Source: Candidatus Eiseniibacteriota bacterium (GTDB lineage Bacteria; Eisenbacteria; RBG-16-71-46; CAZAMP01). Taken from it: a stretch of DNA of 14,683 bases. The first letter of the stretch is position 1, and every line of letters begins with the position of its first letter. Position numbers and translations under genes: made by a program. The notes beneath the pieces were generated by a model. It was not told where the DNA came from and searched no databases. It saw only the letters and a program-made list of their open reading frames with translations. Of this stretch, positions 7,744-14,683 are shown piece by piece. Where the stretch lies: positions 1 to 14,683 of the forward strand of contig CBDCYW010000004.1 in the NCBI GenBank assembly GCA_965224245.1, in the 5' to 3' direction.

Positions 7744-7798
7744 GCAGAGGTTCGGCCAGACAATGCCATGGAAAACTGTAAAGGACGTGATCACGGCA

Positions 7799-8074
7799 TC
7801 AATCATTCTCCTGGCGAAGCGCGATCACCTCCGAACTCGTCGCCTCCCGCTTCGTGTTCCCCTGCAGACGCCGCTTCCCGGCCTCCAGGAACTCCTTGCT
7901 CCAGTTGTAGTAGAGGTTCGGGCTGATCCCTTCACGCCGGCACAGCTCCGCGATCGTCTCCTCACCCCGGAGACCTTCCAGAACGATCCGGATCTTCTCT
8001 TCCGATGAGAACTTGCGGCGGGTCTTGCGACGGATCTCACGTACCGCCGACTCCGGGCCAGTCTTCTTCGACAT
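7799..8074 (-). pseudogene. IS3-family transposase OrfA (HTH_Tnp_1), C-terminally truncated, orfB absent
   Basis: VREIRRKTRRKFSSEEKIRIVLEGLRGEETIAELCRREGISPNLYYNWSKEFLEAGK is typical of OrfA. It stops at LRQEND, at the start of the expected leucine zipper, and no DDE ORF follows. Confidence 0.88.
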
Positions 8075-8144
8075 CAGGTCCGCTCCTTGGATGACGATTC
8101 AAAGAATACATCCCAGAAGTGACCATTGCGATTAGGCTTGATCG

Positions 8145-8170
8145 TGTCCCATCAGCTCTGACGGCGAACA
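8145..8170 (-). mobile_element. Probable left terminal inverted repeat of the IS3-family remnant
   Basis: Minus strand reads TGTTCGCCGTCAGAGCTGATGGGACA, starting with TG ~95 nt upstream of orfA. No convincing partner IR was found. Confidence 0.5.
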
Positions 8171-8553
8171 ATGGCGGGTTCGTGAGTCGATTCCGGGGAT
8201 AGCTGGGTGCCCCGTAGGGTCAACATATTCGACCGAGCTGCAACTTGTTTCTGGTGTTGAGCTTCGCTTCCAGCCGGCGACCGCTCCCCGCCCGAGTTGA
8301 CAGACCCTCCGAGCACGATCAGGCTTTCGATTTCGCCCACTCCATCGAGAGCCGTGACGATGACGCTTCTACCGATCCATCTCCTGATCGTGATCCTCCC
8401 TGGGTGATCCGGAAGGACCAACGGGTTCGGGCTGCAAGTATCGGCATGGTCCGGGTAGAATTGTCTTCTGAGAACGAGCCCAAGAAGATGGCCGCCAATG
8501 CACCAACGTCAATGGGGATATGTCCACGGCTCAGTCTCCAAAGAGGTACGTAC

Positions 8554-9171
8554 ATGGCACGCCTCGCTGAACTCGGTCTGCTGTGCCTCGTCTCGGCTAC
8601 GACGTCCTGGGCCGAGCCGTGCGACGACGCGATCCTGGAGCAGCTTCCCAACGAAGGTGACTGGTATCTGTCCGTCGAGATGTGCGGCTGGCTCTATGCG
8701 GAGTTCGCCGACAACGTGGTGTTCCCGGACGAGACCATCTCGTGCATGCGCTGGTGGGGGAGCACCTCGCACGACTCGCGACCGGTTCCGTTTCGGATCC
8801 GCGTGTACGTTCCTGGAACCGGCGGTGCGCCGGGAGAGGTCGTTTACGAACACTTCACTTCCGAGATCGACGGTTTCGAGGTCCCCATAGGCGGGCGCGA
8901 GTACCGGACCGAAGTGCCCGTGTTCGAGCCAGCGCCAGGACAGCCGTACTTCTTGTCCATCCAGGGATACTGCCCCGGGCAGTACTGGCGGTGGTGCACG
9001 GGAGACGGCGACGACGTCCCGGTCTGGTTTCGCTACCCCGAGGGCGGGTATCCGGACTGGACGGTGAACGACCTACCCGAGCCGGACGTGAGCTTTCAGC
9101 TCCTGGGGGAACTCTCGACGGTGCCCGTGCGCGAGGAGAGCTGGTCGGCGATCAAGGCTGTGTTTCGTTGA
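8554..9171 (+). CDS. Secreted hypothetical protein (205 aa) with a C-terminal SW-x-x-IK-x-x-(F/Y)R motif
   Basis: AGAGG RBS at 8542-8546. Signal-peptide-like MARLAELGLLCLVSATTSWA. Beta-rich body (ADN...MRWWG...YFLSIQ...DVSFQL). Ends VPVREESWSAIKAVFR. Confidence 0.85.
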   Translation: MARLAELGLLCLVSATTSWAEPCDDAILEQLPNEGDWYLSVEMCGWLYAEFADNVVFPDETISCMRWWGSTSHDSRPVPFRIRVYVPGTGGAPGEVVYEHFTSEIDGFEVPIGGREYRTEVPVFEPAPGQPYFLSIQGYCPGQYWRWCTGDGDDVPVWFRYPEGGYPDWTVNDLPEPDVSFQLLGELSTVPVREESWSAIKAVFR

Positions 9172-9203
9172 TCGGGCTCGGTGCCTGACCTTTGGGTGCG
9201 TTG

Positions 9204-9651
9204 TCAATGACGTGAAGCTCGCACTGTCCGGTACGGGTTCTGCCACGGCATGCCGCGTCCTGAGAGAAGCTCCTGCATTTCGAGCACGTCTACCTGTCGC
9301 TGGAACGCCTGACCGTAGATGCTGTCGCGGTCACGAAGCAGGTACGTCGGCCCGTCGCGCCACGCGAACGCTTCCAGGAGTTGGCGAGCCGTCCACTCGG
9401 CCGTCGGGTTCGTCGTGACGTTGAAGTGAAGCACCCGTCGGCGCTCGTTCGAGAGCACGAGGAACACGAAGAGAATCTGATTGCGGATCGTCGGCACGAC
9501 GAAGAAGTCGACGGAGATCATGTCGCGCAGGTGGGACTGGAGAAAGGCGGTCCAGGTCGGAGACGCGGGCCCGCGGCGCTTCGCCATGTACTTCAAGACG
9601 GGCGTGGGAGACGAAGAGACCCCGGACAAGGGCGATGATGGCTGCCAGCAT
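9204..9651 (-). pseudogene. Integrase-core (rve, IS481/IS3-like) transposase remnant with an internal deletion and 3' truncation
   Basis: N-terminus MLAAIIALVRGLFVSHARLE (ATG 9651) jumps, in another frame, to KYMAKRRGPASPTWTAFL...VDFFVVPT...RRRVLHFNVT...YLLRDRDSIYG...PWQNPY. Similarity ends just before the expected third catalytic residue (Glu). Confidence 0.85.
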
Positions 9652-9782
9652 GGGCGTTCCCAGTGTAGAATGGATGTGAGGGCGACGCCGGGAAGCTGGC
9701 ACGGTGGGGGTGTAGGTCAGGCTAGGCCAACGTCCATGGGTTTGCGGCAGGGAAAGATGTTCGTTCGCCCGAGGAGGGCTAG

Positions 9783-11225
9783 GTGCGAAACGTACTTCCG
9801 GTCGTCATGTCGTTGTTTGTCGGCGGATCGGTACTGGCTGCGGAATACACCGTGCCTGGTGATTTCCCGGACCTGGGCTCCGCGCTGGCTGTCACCGTTC
9901 CTGGCGACGTGGTGACGATCCTGCCCGGCAACTACAGTGGCCCGGGATGGCACTCGCTGTCGGCATCGCACCCTGGGGTCCTCTACATCAGGACCGAGGG
10001 TGGAGCCGAGGTGACGTCGATCGATCTCGATGGCAACGTGTTCTTCAACTCCAACACGCACCTGGATCTGACGGGACTGCGCCTGTACGGGGCCGGGCCG
10101 CTAGTCATTCATGCGCAGCAGTTCGAACTTGACATCGCAGAGTGCCACTTCCACGACAACACCGGCCGTATCGCAATCGGCGGAGACGATCATATGTTCG
10201 TGGCCAACACGCTCTGTGAACGAAACGGCGGCGGCTTTCGCGAGACCCGTGGGGTCGTGACAATTCACGACTCGGAGTTCGTCGACTGTACGGGTCCCCT
10301 GGTTGAGATCAACGAGTGGGGCAATCTGTTCATCGAGAGGAGTCGGTTCGTCGGGACGAACGGCGTGGCCGTTCTGGGAGAATCGTCGACCTATTCCGAG
10401 GTTCACGATACGGAGTTCGTTGGCGGGAACGACAGCGCCATTCATCTCTTCGACACCTACAAGCCGACCGCCTGGAGTGACCTTCTTCTCGTGGGCTGTT
10501 CGTTCGTCGACAACGTCACGCCGACGTCCGGAGCGGTCGCTCGCATGCCCGACAACAACAGCCATCTCAACGCGGAGGAGTGCGTCTTCGTCGGCAACGA
10601 GGCCGCAATCTCGGGCGGGTGCTTTCTCGTAGCGTTCGATCAGTCCGGATCGGTGCGCGCCGCGGACTGTACGTTTCACGACAACTACGCTCCCGACGGC
10701 GCGGTGCTCGCCGTCGTGGAGTCCTCGGCCACCATGCCCGACCCGGTAACGTTCCTCCGATGCCTGGTCACCGGAAACCGCGGCGACGTTCCGGTGACGG
10801 CGCCCACGCCCGTGGCAATTGATCCCAGCTGCACGGACGTCTGGGGCAACCCCGGTGGGGACTGGGCCGGCTTGCTCGCGGGCTGGGACCAGTGCGAGAT
10901 CGGGAACTTCTCGCTTGACCCCGTCTACTGCGATGTCTCCGCGCGTGACCTCACGCGGGAGTCCTCATCGCCGTGCCTTCCGGGGCAGCATCCGTGCACC
11001 GCCGACTGCAGCACGATCGGGCGCTGGGGCGTGGGCTGCATCGCGGTCGGCGTGCCGCCGCCACCGATCGGCGAGCCAGCGACCATTCACGTCGTGCGGA
11101 ATCCTTCCGCCGTGCCCGTCATGTTCCAGGTCAACATCCCCGGGGAGAGGGCAGCTTCCCTCACCATCTTCGATCCGGCGGGGCGACGCGTCCACGCCAA
11201 CGGAGTTGCCAATGCTCGGACGTAG
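9783..11225 (+). CDS. Secreted right-handed parallel beta-helix protein with a truncated FlgD-Ig-like C-terminal domain (480 aa)
   Basis: GAGGAGG RBS, signal peptide, TVPGDFP...GDVVTILPGNY start, repeated (C/S)xFxxN rungs, and Cys-rich CTDVWGN...GNFSLDPVYC...SSPCLP...IGRWGVGC. Ends with NPS...LTIFDPAGRRV and an early stop. Confidence 0.88.
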   Translation: MRNVLPVVMSLFVGGSVLAAEYTVPGDFPDLGSALAVTVPGDVVTILPGNYSGPGWHSLSASHPGVLYIRTEGGAEVTSIDLDGNVFFNSNTHLDLTGLRLYGAGPLVIHAQQFELDIAECHFHDNTGRIAIGGDDHMFVANTLCERNGGGFRETRGVVTIHDSEFVDCTGPLVEINEWGNLFIERSRFVGTNGVAVLGESSTYSEVHDTEFVGGNDSAIHLFDTYKPTAWSDLLLVGCSFVDNVTPTSGAVARMPDNNSHLNAEECVFVGNEAAISGGCFLVAFDQSGSVRAADCTFHDNYAPDGAVLAVVESSATMPDPVTFLRCLVTGNRGDVPVTAPTPVAIDPSCTDVWGNPGGDWAGLLAGWDQCEIGNFSLDPVYCDVSARDLTRESSSPCLPGQHPCTADCSTIGRWGVGCIAVGVPPPPIGEPATIHVVRNPSAVPVMFQVNIPGERAASLTIFDPAGRRVHANGVANART

Positions 11226-14200
11226 CGCCGCAACCGTCCTCTTCTCGATGGTCTTCTCCGCGGGGTCCACCGGTGCCGTCCCCTTCGTGACGGAGACGAT
11301 CGACGGGTCGGCGAACGACGCCGGTGTCTGGACCGGGATCGAGACGGACTCACGGGCGATCCCGCACATTGGATACGTGGACCGAACCGCGAAGATCGCC
11401 TGGCACGTGACCTGGACACCGGGTGGCTGGTCGTTCACCTCCCTGGAAGATCACGTGATCTTCTCGCCCGAGGATCTCGTAGATCTCCGTGAAGTACGCG
11501 TCGACGTGGACAGCTCGGATCGGGTGCATCTCGCCCTCGCCGCGACCTCGACCGGGGCCACTCATGTCTACCACGTCTACGACATCGGCGATCCCGACGG
11601 TGTGGATGTGGTGAACGCACGTCAGTTCGGCCACTCGGACCGGATTGCCATGCGACTCGACGTGTCCGACGTCGCCCACATGGTGTGGCAGCAGCACGCG
11701 GGATATCAGTCGCGTGGGTTCTACTACAGCACCAACGAGTCGGGGGACTGGATTGAGGAGAGGTTTGCAGACACTCAGCATCCCGTGTACCACGCCGCAC
11801 TCGGCGCCGGCGGCGGGGTCGTGGCTTTCGCGTTCAATCGATCGGCGCACCTGGACTCGTTGCGTTACTTCGAGCGGAGTGGACCCGTCTGGGGCCCCGA
11901 GGAGACCATCACCACGACCCGCGCCTACGGGCTGGCGATGTCCCTCGACACGGACGGCGAGCCGCACGTCGTGTACGTCGACGTGGTCGGTCGTCTCTGG
12001 TACGCCACGAAGCCTCTGGGCGGTTCGTGGCAGAACCAGATCCTCTACGCGGGCAGCGCCACGCGGGCACCCGCCATCACGGCCGTGGGTGGGGACGACG
12101 TTCACGTCAGCTACCAGGCGCTCGGCGATTCCTCGCTCCGATATCACGCCCGGGTCGGCGGGGCGTGGTCGAGCCAGATCGTCGATTCCACCGGAGATGT
12201 CGGGAACTACTCGTCGATCGCGGTCGATGTAATCGGCCGCATTCACATCGCGTATCACGACTCCACCAACGCAGACCTCAAGTACGCCATTGCCGCCGAC
12301 TGTAATGGAAACGGCATCCCGGACTCCGACGACATCGCCGGTAGTGCCGATCTCGACTGCAACGACAACCGTATCCTGGACGCCTGCGAGATCGCGGCGG
12401 GACTCGCGCTGGACCTCAACGAAAACGGTATCCCCGACGAGTGCGATCCCGGCAGCGGTGGTAGCGGCATCTCCTCGGCGGTGTGGACGACGACCGGGGG
12501 GCAGGCGGGTGCCGCGCTGGGATCGGCGGTCGCGTCGGCCGGTGACGTGAATGGTGATGGCTACTCCGACGTCGTCGTCTCCGCCCCCGATCATGACGGC
12601 GCCTTCGCGGACGTCGGCCGCGTGGCGGTCTATCATGGCTCGGTGACCGGCTTGGAGCTCGAGCCGGCGTGGGTGAAGGAGGGATCCGCCGCAGGCGTCC
12701 GATTTGGACACTCCGTCGGCACAGCCGGCGATGTGAACGGCGATGGCTACTCGGACCTGATCGTGGGAACACCATCCTCCGGATCGTACGTCTACCTGGG
12801 TTCCTCCTCGGGCCTCGAGGACACACCGGCCTGGACCGGCCCCAGCGGCTGGTCCGTGGCCACGGCCGGCGACGTCAACGACGACGGCTACTCCGATGTC
12901 GTGGTGGGTGACCCCACGGACTCCGGCGATGCCGGGATGGCCGCCGTGTTCCACGGATCCGTCGCGGGTCTCTCCGAGTCCGCCGACCGGGTCATCGGGC
13001 TCGGGGACGAGTTCATCCAGGTCGGCGACGAGTTCGGGTTCTGCGTCGCTCCTGCCGGAGACGTGAACGCAGACGGCTACGCCGACGTGATCATTGGCTC
13101 TCCCGGCTCCTCCAACCCGAATTCCTCGGGCAGGGCTTACGTCTTCTGTGGAGATGCCGGCGGAATCACGAGCAGCTGCTGGTCCTCCGCGTGGGGCGGC
13201 ACCGACCTGGGCCTGGCGCGATACTCGCAGTCGGTGGCCGGCGTGGGGGACGTCAACGGAGATGGGTTCTCCGACGTCATCGTGGGCGCCCCGCTGTGGG
13301 GAAACGGCCGGGTGTTCCTTCACCTGGGCCGATCGACCGGCGTGGGGCCGGATGAGTGGGCGTACGAGTCGAGCGAACCCTCTGCCAACCTCGGTTTCTC
13401 CGTGAGCCCCGCGGGCGACGTCAACGGAGATGGCCATGCCGACTTCTTCGTCGGCGTGCCCGGCGTGCCGATCGACGGAGGTGAGGCGCTGCTGTTCCTC
13501 GGATCGGAAGACGGCGCATCGAGCGCGGCGAGCTGGTCGGAGACCGGCGGCCAGTCGGGGGCGGCGTTCGGGACCGCGGTTGCCACGGCAGGAGACGTGA
13601 ACGGCGACGGCTACTCGGACCTGATCGCGGGCGCGCCCGGATTCGATGATCCGGCAGGGGACGCCGGAGGCGCGTTCCTGTACCTCGGGGCCCCGGGGGT
13701 GCCCAGTGACGTTCCGGCGCACACGTTCTGGATTGGCCAGGCGGGGGCCGGGATCGGCATGACCCCGCGGCGTGCGGGCGACGTCGATGGCGACGGCTTC
13801 GGAGACGTGATCATCGGCGTTCATGCACTCGACTACGACGCTGGCGCGAACGAGGGCGGTGCTTACTATCTGCGCGGACGACCCGATGGCCTGTGGTACC
13901 AGTCCTGGGTGGACTTCGGCGGCCAGGAAGACGCCTACTTCGGCTTCGACGTCGCCGGCGCAGGAGACGTCAATGGCGACGGCTACGCCGATCTCATCGT
14001 CGGCGCCTTCGGGAAGGATGATGACCAGGTCGATGAGGGGGCTGCGTACGTCTACCACGGCTCACCGGACGGACCTTCGGATACGCCCGACTGGAGCGCG
14101 TGGGGGAACGAAGTCGGCGCGGCTTTCGGCGTGTCGGTCGACGGTGCGGGCGACGTCAACGGCGACGGGTTCGACGACGTCATCGTCGGCGCATACCTCC

Positions 14201-14683
14201 ACGACGGTGGCTCCGTGGACGAAGGACGCGCCTACGTCTATCACGGCTCCAGTGCGGGGCTGTCTCCGACGCCGGCCTGGACGATCGACAGCAACGAGAC
14301 GAATGCCCGTCTGGGACTCTCGGTGGCGAGTGCGGGCGATGTCAACGCCGACGGCTACGCTGACGTCATAGTCGGTGTGTACTACCACAGTGGCGGTCAG
14401 ACCCAGGAAGGCTCCGCCCGGGTCTATCTCGGATCCTCCACGGGACTCGCGACGACACCGGTGTGGACGGCCGAGAGTGATCAGACCACGGCGTGGTTCG
14501 GTCGATCGGTGGCCGGTGCCGGCGACGTGAACGGCGACGGCTACGCCGACGTCATCGTCGGGTGTGCAAAGTTCAACAACGGGAACACCGACGAGGGGCG
14601 CGCCTACGTCTACCACGGGACGCCGGTCGGGCTCGAGGCGACGGCCGCGTGGACCTTCGAGAGCGATCAGACGCTGGCCTTCC
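11212..14683 (+). CDS. Large secreted protein: N-terminal beta-propeller, 3 DCNxNG-type Ca-binding repeats and >=12 FG-GAP (integrin-alpha-like) repeats; 3'-partial, >=1157 aa
   Basis: Manual translation from ATG 11212 (GGAG 6 nt upstream) has no stop to the window end. Signal-peptide-like MLGRSAATVLFSMVFSAGSTGA. Blades such as MSLDTDGEPHVVY and SIAVDVIGRIHIAYHD. DCNGNGIPD, DCNDNRILD and DLNENGIPD at 12298-12447. Twelve GDV(N/D)xDGxxD motifs from 12541. Confidence 0.93.
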   Translation, partial: MLGRSAATVLFSMVFSAGSTGAVPFVTETIDGSANDAGVWTGIETDSRAIPHIGYVDRTAKIAWHVTWTPGGWSFTSLEDHVIFSPEDLVDLREVRVDVDSSDRVHLALAATSTGATHVYHVYDIGDPDGVDVVNARQFGHSDRIAMRLDVSDVAHMVWQQHAGYQSRGFYYSTNESGDWIEERFADTQHPVYHAALGAGGGVVAFAFNRSAHLDSLRYFERSGPVWGPEETITTTRAYGLAMSLDTDGEPHVVYVDVVGRLWYATKPLGGSWQNQILYAGSATRAPAITAVGGDDVHVSYQALGDSSLRYHARVGGAWSSQIVDSTGDVGNYSSIAVDVIGRIHIAYHDSTNADLKYAIAADCNGNGIPDSDDIAGSADLDCNDNRILDACEIAAGLALDLNENGIPDECDPGSGGSGISSAVWTTTGGQAGAALGSAVASAGDVNGDGYSDVVVSAPDHDGAFADVGRVAVYHGSVTGLELEPAWVKEGSAAGVRFGHSVGTAGDVNGDGYSDLIVGTPSSGSYVYLGSSSGLEDTPAWTGPSGWSVATAGDVNDDGYSDVVVGDPTDSGDAGMAAVFHGSVAGLSESADRVIGLGDEFIQVGDEFGFCVAPAGDVNADGYADVIIGSPGSSNPNSSGRAYVFCGDAGGITSSCWSSAWGGTDLGLARYSQSVAGVGDVNGDGFSDVIVGAPLWGNGRVFLHLGRSTGVGPDEWAYESSEPSANLGFSVSPAGDVNGDGHADFFVGVPGVPIDGGEALLFLGSEDGASSAASWSETGGQSGAAFGTAVATAGDVNGDGYSDLIAGAPGFDDPAGDAGGAFLYLGAPGVPSDVPAHTFWIGQAGAGIGMTPRRAGDVDGDGFGDVIIGVHALDYDAGANEGGAYYLRGRPDGLWYQSWVDFGGQEDAYFGFDVAGAGDVNGDGYADLIVGAFGKDDDQVDEGAAYVYHGSPDGPSDTPDWSAWGNEVGAAFGVSVDGAGDVNGDGFDDVIVGAYLHDGGSVDEGRAYVYHGSSAGLSPTPAWTIDSNETNARLGLSVASAGDVNADGYADVIVGVYYHSGGQTQEGSARVYLGSSTGLATTPVWTAESDQTTAWFGRSVAGAGDVNGDGYADVIVGCAKFNNGNTDEGRAYVYHGTPVGLEATAAWTFESDQTLAF

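Larger units (their letters stand above)
1..7762. mobile_element. Prophage- or satellite-like element (replication plus DNA-packaging modules); left end outside the window, right end approximate
   Basis: Co-located Prim-Pol/helicase, HTH, MTase, ParB-N, TerS-like and TerL genes. No integrase, att site or structural genes are visible in the window. Confidence 0.7.

Noticed and set aside
7763-7810. Programmed -1 frameshift from IS3 orfA into orfB
   Set aside because: No slippery site or DDE-encoding sequence follows the stop; the element is simply truncated.
8152-8553. Extension of the secreted gene to 8245, and minus-strand ORFs 8152-8421 and 8319-8651
   Set aside because: The RBS and signal peptide begin at 8554. 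The other frames show no convincing family motif.
11350-14616. 902-aa and 184-aa minus-strand ORFs
   Set aside because: They are in-register antisense shadows of the FG-GAP gene in GC-rich DNA and show no motifs of their own.

Overview
GC-rich bacterial window with three zones. (1) 1-~7760 is a phage/satellite-like element. Its leftward arm carries an orphan 287-aa gene, an XRE-type HTH gene and a Prim-Pol/PriCT-1/AAA+ helicase-like replicase that runs off the left edge and is missing from the ORF track. A divergent, overlapping rightward cluster encodes an adenine methyltransferase, a ParB-N protein, a putative small terminase and a lambda GpA-type large terminase. No portal or capsid gene follows; a repeat- and dyad-rich non-coding stretch comes next instead. 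(2) ~7800-9700 holds two decayed IS fragments around a small secreted protein ending in a 'SWSAIKAVFR' C-terminal motif. (3) 9783-end encodes secreted proteins: a beta-helix protein with a truncated FlgD-like tail, then a >1157-aa beta-propeller/DCNxNG/FG-GAP protein that runs off the right edge and is also missing from the ORF track. Their style suggests an FCB-related host such as Ca. Eisenbacteria or Krumholzibacteriota (inference). The main highlights are the terminase-without-portal module, an ~80-nt leader hairpin that buries the RBS of the HTH-primase operon, and divergent promoters that may share one palindromic -35. All calls come from reading motifs by eye; no searches were run.
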